From Ascoidea asiatica JCM 7603 (taxonomy: Eukaryota > Fungi > Ascomycota), in contig BCKQ01000007.1 of the NCBI GenBank assembly GCA_001600695.1, forward strand, positions 378,713 to 442,712: 64,000 nt of DNA, written 5' to 3'. The notes under the pieces were generated by a model, which saw only the letters and a program-made list of their open reading frames with translations, had not been told where the DNA came from and searched no databases. A program made the position numbers and the translations under genes. This document shows positions 45,831 through 58,556 of this stretch, piece after piece. Position 1 is the stretch's first letter; each line of letters opens with the position of its first letter.

Positions 45831-46825
45831 TCATCGATCAAATTCTGCTTTTATAACTTTGGAAAATGGAGAAAAATTATGCATAGTTGGTGTATTTGGT
45901 AATGAATTATCTGCAACATCTGAATTGGATCCTCGATTTACTAAATGTTGTAATCTTTTTTGCAATTGAGAATTCAGTAAAGATAATTTTCCAACTTCAT
46001 TTTCAAGAAATTTTATTCTATCTCCTGCATTTTTAATTTCTTTTTCATTTTTATCTTTCAAATTTCTTAAAGCTTCTCTTAATGCATTTCTTTGTTCTTC
46101 TAAAGAATTTGAATTTTTATTAATAATTTTAATTTTTAATTGTTCATTTTCAAATTTTAATAATTTAATTTTTTCTAAATTTAAATTTAATTTATTTTGA
46201 ATTAAATTATTATTACTATTTAACATAACATTCTCATTTTTTAATTTTATAACTTGATTTAATTTTAATTCTTCATTTTCATTATTCAATTCAGATATTT
46301 TAACCATTAATTCTGGTCTTTCAATATTTAAATTCATAATTTTTTCATTTAATTGATTAATAATTTGATTTTTTTCATTAATTTCATCATTCAATTCACT
46401 TCTTTCATATGATTTATTTATATTATTTGGTGGTATTGTTCCATTTTGCCATAATAATACATGTTCTTCAGAAATATATCTTTTTTTTCTTTCATTATTT
46501 AATTCTTCTGAAATTTTACTAATTTCAATAGATTTTTCTCGAATTTTATCTTCATATTCAATTTTTATACCCTCAATTTCATTATATTCATTTTTATTTC
46601 CTTTTTGATTTCCATTAATATTTTTAGAACTAGTTTGTGATGTATAACCTAATTTACTTTTTCTTAATTCATTTTCAAGTTGTAATTCTCTTTTAATACT
46701 TTCACTTAATTCTTTACTTAATAATTGAACTTGTCCCATTAATGATGAATTAGCTTCCATTATTCCTAATTGATCAACTGTTAACTCCAATGTATCCATA
46801 ATTATAGATTTTCTATTACTACTAC

Positions 46826-46870
<45 letters not shown>

Positions 46871-48384
46871 TTTGATTATTTCTTTGATTATTGCTTTCAT
46901 TATGAATATTACTAACATTATTACTATTAAGAATATTAGAATTCTTATAATCATCAATAATATTCTTATCATTGGAAATATTCTTATTAGTAAAGTTATT
47001 CTTATCAGCCTGTTTACTTGAAATATCACTACCGGAGCTTATACTAATTGCATTATTTCCATAATATGATGAAACTTCTGATTTCAGATTATTATGACCA
47101 TTACTAAAACCATTATCATTATTATCATCTCTATTATTACCTGATCCAGAATTTGGATCAAGAGAATTTGAAACTTCTTTCAAATTAAAGTTAGAAGTTT
47201 GATCTTCATTAGATACTTTACTTATAATCTTATTATAACTAGTATTATCATTTTCACTTAATAATTCCAATTCAATTTTATCATTTATTTTATCAAATGT
47301 ATCTCCAATTGAAAGTGCTGATACTCTTTTATCTGGTTTCAAAATATACTTATTCTTCATTCTATTATTATAATCATTAATATTCTCACCTAATCTATCA
47401 AATGTTTTAGGTTGTTCAATATTGAAATTATTTGAATTATTTACATTTTCTTCATTATTGTTATTACTATTATTATTGATAGATTCTTGATTTCTACTTG
47501 GTTTTGGATCCAATGAAACGACTTGAACAGGTGAAGACAATTGCTCAAGTACAAAATTTGAATTTGCATTTGTATTTGTTCCTGAGTTTGAATTCAAATT
47601 TTCTTTTTCAGATTCATTACTTTTCAGTGATGAAGGAGGTGATGCCATATATGGACCAAATATTTTAACTCCATCGGAATTATTTTTAATATTAGTTTTT
47701 TTCTTATTAAATAAACCAATTGGGCTCTTAACAACATTTTGGTCTTCAGATGAATAAATCTTTTCATTTTTATGATATCTTTCTTCAGTATTTAAAACTT
47801 GATTATCATTATTATTTTCTGAATTCGTATTTACTGTAGGACTTGGAGGAACAATTTCAAAAACATTATTATTAAGTCGAATTTTTCCATTTTTTTCTAA
47901 TTCTGTTTCTTTTTTACCTTTATTTTTTTTCCATGACATTTTTTTAAAAAAACCTCCGCTTGGGGTTTTTTTGCCTTTACTATTACTTTTAGTTAATTCC
48001 GAAGAGGAAGTGGAAACTTTTTTGATTTGTAATGGTGAATTACTTACTTTATTACCTCCATTACCACCTGAAGAAAATGATAATCTTTGAGCATGAAAAC
48101 CTGACTTTGGAGTTCTTTGGGCATCATCACTATGATTACTAATTCTATTAAAAAAACCTTTAGATTTTCTTCGAGTTTTATTAATTGGAGAAGCTGAACT
48201 TGAAAATGAACCAGGGGTATTAAATGATGAATCAAATTCATCTTGATACGTCACAGGTGTTTTTGCTCTCAGAGACTCATGCATTTCAGGAGAATTGCTT
48301 TCACGATTATAATTATTAGGTCCATCATAGTAATTCAGTTCAGGTTTACTACCATTGATATCCTTTACAATATTGCTATTCATA

Positions 48385-48482
<98 letters not shown>

Positions 48483-50350
48483 GAAATTCATACTATTCAT
48501 ATTCATATTATCATTATTTATTTGGTTAGTATTCATATTATTATTAATGGTACTACTCATATTATTATTTTTATTTGTATTAAAAGTATTGGGATCTTTT
48601 TTATTCTGAACAGAAAATTGTGAGGCTGTATAAAAAGCTTCACTGGGTATTGAATCGTCTTCATTTTTTGAATTACTTCCGAAAGTTGAATAAATTTGAT
48701 CTGACTTAGCATTATTATAACCAACTATTTCCGAGACTGCTGAATCGTTAGAAAAATGATTTGACAGGGAGTTTTTGTTTTGAGAATTATCTTTCTCTGC
48801 TTCGAATGTGGCTTTTGTAACAAAAGGTATATCAGTGAAAACTTTATCATCGGCAGTTGTATCAAGCTTATTATTAAAATCAGAAGATTGTGATCCTAAA
48901 TTGGTATATAAGTTTTTGTTATTCAAAGGCAGAGGAGGTTTCCTATTTGAGATATTTGTATTGGAAACTTTTTCTGGTGGAGGTGGTTTTCTTCCTTTTT
49001 TACTAGGAGAAGAAGACTGCAGAGCAGTGAGAGCAGTGTCGTTATTGTTTAACAGTGATTGTGGAGATACACCTTTTCCAGAAACACTTGATACTGTAGA
49101 CTGTGGTGCAGAACTTTCTATATTTCTACCTGATCCAATATTACTTGAATTATCCTCGCTACTTGCACTATCATCGAAGTCGAGTTTTTGAACATGAAGA
49201 TTTACATTTTTATTAAAGTCGATAAAATCAACATTTATTGGACTTTGCAGAATTGGATTATCAGGAGGCAGAGATGGTAATATCTTCATTTTGATATTTT
49301 GATCAGAATATTCGGAAACAGATGATTTAATCGGAGAAAGTTCATATCTAGAAATTTCCTGTTTTTCAGTTTCATCAGATTCTTGAGTTTTGGTTTGATA
49401 TTTTGATATTCTAAAATCTACTGGAGTGGTTATCTTCTTGGGTGTTGGTGGAATATATTCAATTTCTTGAGGTACAACATTATCTGTTCCTGAAGTTTTA
49501 TCATTGATGAATTGAGGTTTATTAGTATTAGAGCCATCTTGTTGAAAAGAATTTGTTTCAAACTCTGAAATAGAAAGTGATTCTTCTTTATGAGTAGGAA
49601 GAGATGACCTCTTTTTGGATGGAGATTTAAACCCATTCAGATCAGCTAATTTTCTATTTTCAGGGCTAAAATTACTATTATAATTTGATGTTTGAGCTTT
49701 TGAGTAGATGGATTCAACTTCATCTATACTTTCCAAACTTTCCTGCATAATTATATTTGTACTACTACCTGATCTGTTGAAAGAATGCAAGTTGTTAGCA
49801 CTATTTGAATTATAATTTGGGTTATTATTATAAACATTATTTTGAGGAGCACTTTGGAAGTTATTTTGAGGAGTATTCTGAAAATTATTTTGAGGAATAT
49901 TTTGAAAATTATTTTGTGAATTATTTTGCAAATTATTTTGTGAATTATTCTGTAAATTATTCTGTAGATTATTCTGTGAATTATTCTGTGAACTTATTGG
50001 AGATTGATTTGAGTTATTGAACTGATTATTATATTGATTGAAAGAAGGGGTTGGAACTGTAGCTGGAGCTTGAGTAAGGGGTGGACTTGTAATTGATGGT
50101 AGATTATTCATTGGCTGTTTATTAGGTAACATATTTGAGTTATTCGATTGAATTTGTGAATTATTAATAGGTTGATGATTTATATTTTCATCGTTTTTAA
50201 TTTCATTTGATCCTTCTTTATCATTTAATAAAACTTCATTTGATAAACTGGATCTTTGAACAGGTAAATTGTTTAATTTTGAATTTGATCTTGAACTTAT
50301 CAAAGGAGGAGATTTTACAGTAGGTTTTTGTTTTTGCTTTTGCTGTTTCA

Positions 50351-50410
<60 letters not shown>

Positions 50411-51686
50411 GAGGAGAAAAATTATTAAAATTCTGTAATTGAGGTGAAGAACGTTGAGGTATCATTCTTCTTGGATTATTTGTTAAACTCATTGATCTTG
50501 GACCATTTTGATTCATATTCATACTATTTGAAGTTAAAGACATTGATCTTGGACCATTTGGATTCATTGGCATATTCATTTGTTGAAATCTATTTGGAGG
50601 TACTTGACCTGGTGGACCCAAGACCATTCTTTGTTGACCTGGTGGACCCTGTGGGCCTGGTGGACCTTTTTGAAATTGTCTTGGAGGATTACCAAACGGT
50701 ATTGGAGGTTTCATATTTGGTGGTAATCTTGAAGACATATTAGTTAAAGACATAGATCTTGGACCATTACCAGCTTGTTGAGGGTTGAAACCTTGATTTG
50801 GAAAAGATCTATAACCACTTGGAGCCATTTGCATTGGATGACCTTGAAATTGAGGATTTGGAGGGACTCCAGGGGGAACTCCAGGAGGAACTCCAGGAGG
50901 AAAATTTTGAGGAGGAGGATATCCATTCATACCCATTCCCATATTCATGTTCATATTTGAAGTTAAAGACATTGCTCTTGGAGGTTGTTGATTTTGTTGT
51001 TTAGCCAAATTTCTTAATAATGCTTTTTTTTGATTTGTTTTTGCTTTTCTATAGTCTTTACCTGTTAATTTATTAGATTGCATATCAGTTTGTAAAGTTG
51101 GAATAACAGGAGCAGTATCAGACATTAAAGATGGGTTTCTTAAAGAATTTAAACCAGTAAAACTTATTTCAGGAGTAGTAGCATAATCAAAATCTTTTCC
51201 ATCGTCATCATCATCATCTCCGCCGCCACCACCACCACTTTTACCACCTTTTTTGAATTGGTTATGAATTGGAAAATTGTGATTACCATTGCTAGGATTA
51301 TGATTTATATGAAATGCATTTCTTATACTTGTAAAAGAACCAGTTCTTGGTTGAGAATTAAAGGAATTATTACGTATATTACCAGTTTGAGCTAAGAAAT
51401 CAGTTGTATTTTGTAAAGATAAAGAAGAAGCATTTGGTAAAGTATTTGATCTTGAGCCTGGATTTAAGAATGGTGCCGAACCATTTGGAGAATTGAAACC
51501 ATTTGGTGGACCTTGATTAAGATATGGTTGTTGTTGTTGAGAAGGTGGAATTACACCCGGAGGATAAAATTCACCATGTGTTGTATTTATTGGAGCTTCA
51601 AAAGTTAAATCTATATTACTTTCATTTAATAATTTATCTCTTGCAGAAGGTTTTTTCAATCTATGAGATGAAGGAATTGCATCCAT
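45831..51686 (-). CDS. Large low-complexity protein with repeated PR(A/S)MSLT motifs and C-terminal coiled coil (Epo1/Ymr124w-like polarity protein)
   Basis: 1951-aa uninterrupted ORF; DTAPVIPTL and PRAMSL motifs recalled from Ymr124w-type proteins; coiled coil LSKELSESIKRELQLE..ELNNERKKRYISEE. Orthology is tentative. Confidence 0.55.
48384..48482 (-). repeat. (AAT)n coding microsatellite, poly-Asn33
   Basis: 99-nt near-perfect triplet run within the 1951-aa ORF. Confidence 0.9.
50352..50411 (-). repeat. (CAA)20 coding microsatellite, poly-Gln20
   Basis: Perfect 60-nt run. Confidence 0.9.
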
Positions 51687-53988
51687 GATTATATTAATAT
51701 ATTTTTATCAAATGGAATTTGAATGAAATTTGAAGTATATATTGGAATGTAATGGAGTAAATTGAAATGAATTGAAATTTTATTAAATTAAAATGAAATG
51801 AATTGAATTGAATTGAGATGAAATGAAGTGAGATGCAATAAGTATATTATAAATGATTAAAATTTCTAATGAGATGAATTGTTTTTTTTTTTTTTTTCAT
51901 TGAATGAAACATATGATATTGATCATAATATCAATAAGATATAATAGTTATGTAAATAAAATAAATGAAAAATAATATGTGAGTTAAAGAAGAAGAATAG
52001 TAATAGTAATAGGAATAGTAATATTATTATTATTATTATTATTCTTATATTAATAGTATGAAACCAAGTTTACTAGTGTAATAAATAAGCTACTTGTAAT
52101 ACGAGTGTAATGTATTGATATAAATATTACACTGCAGTAGTGGAATTAGTATTGTTATGATGAATAGATTTTATTAATAGCTACACTAGTCACAGTAGTA
52201 CTATTATAATTAGTAGATCTTTTACTTGGATAGACTTTTTTCTTAAATTACTTCTTGATATTCCCTTTAGTTATTAAAATGTTAATAATAATAAAAATAA
52301 TAATAATAACTACTTTCTTATTTAATAAAGAAGTTATTCAAAGTAATGAAAAAAGAAAAGAGAGAAATAAAAAGAAGATTCAAGGAGAGTTAAATTTTAA
52401 AAAATTGAAAGATTCCGGTAAAAATTTACCAAATTTAAATATCAGTATGAAAAGTTGTAGAAGATGTCAGAGACGACAATGCTTTTTTTTTAAAATTAAT
52501 TATCTAAGTTGATTAATTGATTGTCCCTTGGCAAATAAGTGGTATGGGATAATATTAAGACACAATTTTACATTAAAAAGCTAATAAAAAAAAAGCTATT
52601 TAGAGAAAGTTTTTAAATTTATTGAAAGATCAAATGAAAAATTGAGTGAAACTTGACTTGATATTTTAATATTACTTTATTTTAATAGTAATAGTTAGTT
52701 TATTAATTTTAAAATGGTTTATTTTTTTTTGGTAATTTCACTTTATTTGATATTTCACTTTATTTGAGATTTATTTCAGTCCAGATTTCACCTGAGATTT
52801 CGCTAGAGATTTCACTGCAGACCAAATTTGGACTGAATTTTGAAGAAAAAATGAGAAAAGTGAGCGGTTACGTAAGCATACAACACCAGCCACCAAAATC
52901 TCCCTAAAAAACCTACAGCAGCTTAATGCATCAAAACACAGATTTAACACAGTACCTTTAGACTGGTCCTGCGTTGCCAAGGCGGAAACGGAATCTCCGG
53001 AAAGATAATTATCAACGTGGCTGGTGAAAATATATTTGACCAGCCACTTTGATGGCTCGGAAGTGTTTTAGAAAAACTATTTCCTCTTCATGAGACATGA
53101 AGAGGATCCAGAAAACTGGTTTCCGAAAACATTGAATCCATTTAATTGGCGCTAGTTTAGCTACAATTGAATTAAAATATTATACTGTGGATTGCTTATA
53201 AAAGAACCAATCCACAAGACAGATGCATGCACTATATATTTTATGTCCCTGCCCTAAAATAAAAATAAAAATAAAAACCCACGGCACGTGAAACTTCAAT
53301 CTCGCTCACGTGCCGTTTACATCCGCGTGTTCCATTTCTCGTTCCGCAAAACAATCCCAAAACAATCCTAGAGAAAAAACCAAAAAAAGACCTGAGCCAG
53401 AGCCAAAACCACAGCCAAAGGCAAAAAACGTGAGGAAACTGAAAACTGGCGCTGAATTTGAATTCACGCTTTGATCTTTTCCTGATTTTGTTCACTCTTT
53501 CACTTCCAGAGAAGAGAATCCCACCTTTTGAATTCAAAATATAATTTATATCATTATATTACATTTATTTCACCTATTTTACTTACTTCACTTATTTCAA
53601 TTATACTTCAATTCTTCTTTTATTTTATATTTTATATATTCATATATTCATATATTATTCAATATATAATTCTGTTTATAATTCAATTTATTTTTTAATT
53701 ATATTCTAAAGATCATAAATTTCCTCCTATATCTATTATTTTGTTTTAGCTTATCTTAAATTCTAAAGGATATTTCAATATATAAAATATATTCAAAAAA
53801 CTTTATCTAAAGATTACATTAAAAATCTTTTCTTAAAAGTTTCATTCAAAAGTTTTATTTACTATTTTTATTTAAAAGTTTCATTAAAAAACTTCATTTA
53901 ATAAGTTTCATTTTTTTTTTTTTTTTTTTTTTATAAATTAATAAATTAATAAATTAATATCAAAATATCAAAATATATATAATTAATA

Positions 53989-56088
53989 ATGTCTTCAACA
54001 ACTTCATCTTCTAATTCATCTTCATCAGAACCTTCTTTATCATCCTCATTATCTTCTACTTCTACTTCTAATTCTTCTGCTATAACTTCCAATTCAAATT
54101 CTCTTGAAAATTCTGATATTATTTCAACTCAATTATTTTGTAAAACTGCAAAAACAATACAGATTATAAAAACTAATCCAAATTATAATTCAAATATAAT
54201 TTTAGATAATACAATTTCAAATACAACCAATACAAATAAACAACAACCTTCTTCTTCTTCAACTTTAATAATTAGAGCTTCTGCTTATTCTCCAAATGGT
54301 TCTTATTTTGCTTATACTCAAGAAAAATCTGTTTATATTATAAATCCATCAAATTTAAAATTATATTTAAAATTAAATTTTAATAATGATGTTTTTGATA
54401 TTTCTTTTTCTCCAAAATCAACTTATATTTCAATTTGGGAAAAACCAATAAAAGAATCAATTATTCAAAATGATTCAGGTAATTGGTTAAATAATGTTTC
54501 AATTTATAATTTAAATTTAAATATAAAAATTGCAAGTTATTTAAATATTAATCAATATGGTTGGAAACCACAATTTACTTCTGATGAAAATTTTTTAATA
54601 AAATCAAATAATAAATTAAATACTCAAATAAATTTTTATGAATTAAATTTAAATCATAATACAATTTTAAATCTTGATAAAAAACCATATGTTTCATTAA
54701 TTTCAAAAAATAAAATTTCTAATTTTTTAGTTTCTCCTGGTCAAAATCCAACAATTGCAATTTTTTTATCTGAATTTAATTCAAAACCTGCTTGTGTTAA
54801 AATTTTTCAAATTAATAAAAATTTAGATTTTAATAAACCAATTTCTTTTAAAACTTTTTTTAAAGCTGAAAAATGTCAATTAAAATGGAATTCATTAGGT
54901 ACTTCTTTATTAGCTTTAGCTTCAACTGATGTTGATTCTTCAAATAAATCTTATTATGGTGAAACAAATTTATATTTATTAGGTATTGCAGGTTCAACTT
55001 CAACAACTTCTTTAAGAATTTCTTTAGATAGAGAAGGTCCAATTCATGATTTTAATTGGTCTCCAAGTTCAAGAGAATTTGGTGTTATTTATGGTTATAT
55101 GCCAAGTAAAACTGCATTTTTTGATTCAAGAGGTAATTTATTACATCAATTAAATCAATCACCAAAAAATACAATTTTATTTTCACCTCATGCAAAATTT
55201 GTTTTAGTTGCAGGTTTTGGTAATTTACAAGGTACTGTTGATATTTATGATCGTCAACAAAAATTTAAATTAATTACAACTTTTAAAGCTGAAAATACTT
55301 CAGTTTGTCAATGGTCACCAGATGGTAAATATATTTTAACTGCAACAACTTCACCAAGATTAAGAGTTGATAATGGTTTAAAAATTTGGTATGTTAATGG
55401 TAAATTAATTTATATAAAAGAATTTAAAGAATTATTATCTGTTAATTGGAGACCACAATCTATTGAATTATTTCCACCAATTAAAAAAGTTTTAGAATCT
55501 TCAAATATTCCAATTGAAGATGAATCTGTTAAACTTTATCATATTAATCATCCAATTAAAAAACCATCAAATGGTAATAATTCTTCAAAACCAAAAGGTG
55601 CTTATGTTCCACCTCATGCAAGAAATAATTCAAGTAGATCAACTCCAACATCTTTATATCAAAAAGAATTAGAAAAAAATTTAAGTAATAGTATTGCTAT
55701 AAGTAATTTTAAACCAGGACCAAAGAAAATTCCTGGAGCCCCAGAACCTGCAGAATCTAAATCAGCTTCAAAGAATCGTAGAAGAAGAGAAAGAAAACAG
55801 CAACAACAACAACAAGATGATGAAAAATCTAAAACAAGTGCAAGTAATGGAAATAATAATAATAATGATGATGAAGAAGAAAGAGATAGTAATGGATTTG
55901 TAATTGGAGGAGTTCAATCATTTGAAGAAAAAAAAATTCGTAATTTATTAAAAAAATTAAGAGCTATTGAAACTTTAAAAATGAAACAAGCAGGTGGTGA
56001 AACTTTAGAAGATACACAAGTTTTAAAAATTAAAACAGAAACTAAAGTGAGGGCAGAATTAGAAGAATTTGGTTGGACAGGAAATTAA
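53989..56088 (+). CDS. Translation initiation factor eIF2A
   Basis: KTFFKAEKCQLKWN, SNKSYYGETNLY, GPIHDFNWSP, YGYMPSKT, AGFGNLQG, TATTSPRLRVDNG, EKKIRNLLKKLRAIETLK (YGR054W family). Confidence 0.95.
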   Translation: MSSTTSSSNSSSSEPSLSSSLSSTSTSNSSAITSNSNSLENSDIISTQLFCKTAKTIQIIKTNPNYNSNIILDNTISNTTNTNKQQPSSSSTLIIRASAYSPNGSYFAYTQEKSVYIINPSNLKLYLKLNFNNDVFDISFSPKSTYISIWEKPIKESIIQNDSGNWLNNVSIYNLNLNIKIASYLNINQYGWKPQFTSDENFLIKSNNKLNTQINFYELNLNHNTILNLDKKPYVSLISKNKISNFLVSPGQNPTIAIFLSEFNSKPACVKIFQINKNLDFNKPISFKTFFKAEKCQLKWNSLGTSLLALASTDVDSSNKSYYGETNLYLLGIAGSTSTTSLRISLDREGPIHDFNWSPSSREFGVIYGYMPSKTAFFDSRGNLLHQLNQSPKNTILFSPHAKFVLVAGFGNLQGTVDIYDRQQKFKLITTFKAENTSVCQWSPDGKYILTATTSPRLRVDNGLKIWYVNGKLIYIKEFKELLSVNWRPQSIELFPPIKKVLESSNIPIEDESVKLYHINHPIKKPSNGNNSSKPKGAYVPPHARNNSSRSTPTSLYQKELEKNLSNSIAISNFKPGPKKIPGAPEPAESKSASKNRRRRERKQQQQQQDDEKSKTSASNGNNNNNDDEEERDSNGFVIGGVQSFEEKKIRNLLKKLRAIETLKMKQAGGETLEDTQVLKIKTETKVRAELEEFGWTGN

Positions 56089-56635
56089 TTGAATTATTTA
56101 TTCATTATTTGATTTAATCTAATCTTTTAATTCATTCATACATATAACCTATATACATTCTGTATATATATATAATTATTCTATATCATTAATTTAGTCA
56201 TTCTTTAGTCATTTTTTTATTTTGTTATCTGTTTAAATGTTGTTATTTTTATAAATTTTTATCAATTTTTATCAATTTTTATCAATTTTAAAAATTTTAT
56301 AGTCATTTTTTCATTTTATTTAGATTTTTATGATTAATTCATTTCTCTTTTTTAAAATTTCATTTTTATTAGGATATTGATTTCTTTAAAAAAAAAAAAG
56401 GGGAAAAATGAGAATATTCAATAACAATAGCTATTCATCTGAGATTCAAATTCCGTTTGTAATCCATATTATCGAATAGTCAATCGTATTTATCATTAAT
56501 AATAGATGATTTGATCTCTAACCAGAGTAAAGTAACTTTATGATTATTTTTGAATTCCAAATTGGGAAGTTTTAAAATTGATTTGTATCATTTACCACAT
56601 TAATTTAATCAATGATCAAAATTGAAATTTCAAAC

Positions 56636-56654
56636 CCACAAAAGTGGTCTCAGT
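56636..56654 (-). repeat. Dispersed 19-bp element, copy B
   Basis: CCACAAAAGTGGTCTCAGT is the exact reverse complement of 34203-34221. Confidence 0.8.
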
Positions 56655-56674
56655 AATTTATTTATTAAATTATA

Positions 56675-56799
56675 CCGGGTAACCAGTAGTGTTTTTGCTT
56701 TTAACTGTTTTGGGCCGTGTTGTGACTGCGATATTTAATAGTTGCGTATATCTTGTTCTGTAAGCGTAATCATAAGACCATTATATATTTATCACGTGA
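56675..56799. promoter_or_regulatory. RPL26 promoter: Reb1-type CCGGGTAA, Homol-D TGTGACTG, Cbf1-type TCACGTGA
   Basis: CCGGGTAA 56675-56682; TGTGACTG 56721-56728; TCACGTGA 56792-56799. Confidence 0.6.
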
Positions 56800-57118
56800 A
56801 GAGCACAAACTCTCACGATGAAGTTGCTTTTTGTTTGTTCGGCTGACTACGCGGGCAGAGCTTCTTTTAGCTGTTCTGCTTACGCTCTGATTACGTGATT
56901 GCTTTCTGAACCTTTTCAAGGAAGAGTTTTATTCCAGTGAATATTGAATATGGAATATTGAGCATTGAATATGGAAGAGTGAATGAAGGTGGAATATGAA
57001 ATATTGAATATTGGATATTGGATATTGAATATATTAAAGAATTTATGATAAATTTTGAATTTTAACACCAAATAATAACAGTGATAATAATAATAATAAT
57101 AATAATAATATACTAAAA

Positions 57119-58088
57119 ATGAAGATCAGTCAAGGTATGTTGAATTATAAAAAATGTGAATGATAGAATTAAAATAGGTCATATTCTAAAGATATATTAT
57201 ATTCAAATTAAAAAATTAAATAATGAGAAATGTAGAAGAAATTAAAGGAATTTATATTAAGTTAATAAGAAAAGTTATTTGGATTTTTCAATTTTAAATT
57301 TATCTTCTAATGAAAATGAATCAAAAGTTTTCAGGACTGTATTTAAAAGCACTATATAATAAATCGAAAAGGAAATTGAAAAAGTACCATTCGAAATCTT
57401 AAATGGATATAAAGTTCTTGAAGTTTTTTCAAAATTGGCTATTGATTTGAAACTTATCAATAATAGGTTATCAAAAATGTTAAATTAATCATATTTCAAG
57501 TTCTTTTCGAATTTCTTTTAGAGATTTCATAAAAATAATGAATACATTATTACTAAACAATACAAAGAATCATTATAAGAACTACAGGAATATTAATATG
57601 AATTAAAATATCATAATACCTTTTTACATACTCTTTCAATGACATTCATTTCAAATAATTAATAAAATCTCATCAAAAACTAACAATTTTTTTTTTTTTT
57701 TTTCCAATTTTTTATTAAAATAGACGTTTCAAGTTCTAGAAGAAAAGCTAGAAAAGCTTATTTCACAGCACCATCTTCAATTAGAAGAAAATTATTATCT
57801 GCTCCATTATCAAAAGAATTACGTGAAGAATATGGTATTAAATCTTTACCAATTAGAAAAGATGATGAAGTTAAAGTTGTTAGAGGTTCAAAAAAAGGTC
57901 AAGAAGGTAAAATTTCTTCAGTTTATAGATTAAAATTTGGTGTTCAAATTACTAAATTAACAAGAGAAAAAGCAAATGGTGCTTCTGTTCCATTAAATAT
58001 TCATCCTTCAAAAGTTGTTATTACTAAATTACATTTAGATAAAGATAGAAAAGCTTTAATTGTTAAAAAAGGTGGTAAATCTGAATAA
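57119..58088 (+). CDS. RPL26: 60S ribosomal protein L26 (uL24); exon1 57119-57134, intron 57135-57723, exon2 57724-58088
   Basis: ATG AAG ATC AGT CAA G|GTATGT ... AACTAAC (57678) ... TAG|AC gives [56 protein letters not shown]. Absent from the ORF track. Confidence 0.95.
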
Positions 58089-58556
58089 ATATTAAATTAT
58101 TAAATAATTATTAACTAATCAATCAAATAAATCAATTTTTATATCTATTTGTAGTTAAATAAAATAAAATAAAATCTTATTTATTGAAAATAAATGTAAT
58201 AATGTATTCTAATTTCAAGTTCTTTTTTAATCTAAAATACTAATTTGTAAGTCTTTCTTTCAACTCTTGATCATTTCTACATTATTTTGATAATTATAGT
58301 ACATTTATTTAAAATTATTTATTTTTTAAACAGAAAAAGAGAAAAAAGAAAATAAAAAATGATTGAAAAACAAAAATAAAAAAAACTTAATGAAATAAAT
58401 AATAAAAAATGTTTAAAAAGTATATGAAAATGTATTTTATTGTAATTTACTGTATTTGAATGAAATGAAATGTTTTTCCCACTTTGTTTTGTTTCATTTT
58501 GTTTATATGATAATTGATATGCTATAGAAATTGATTTTTTAATAAAATATTTAAAA

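Noticed and set aside
52072-52190. Nested short inverted repeats (ACTAGTGTA/TACACTAGT; AGTGTAAT/ATTACACT) upstream of the EPO1-like gene
   Set aside because: 8-9 bp AT-rich arms are expected by chance; no covariation evidence.
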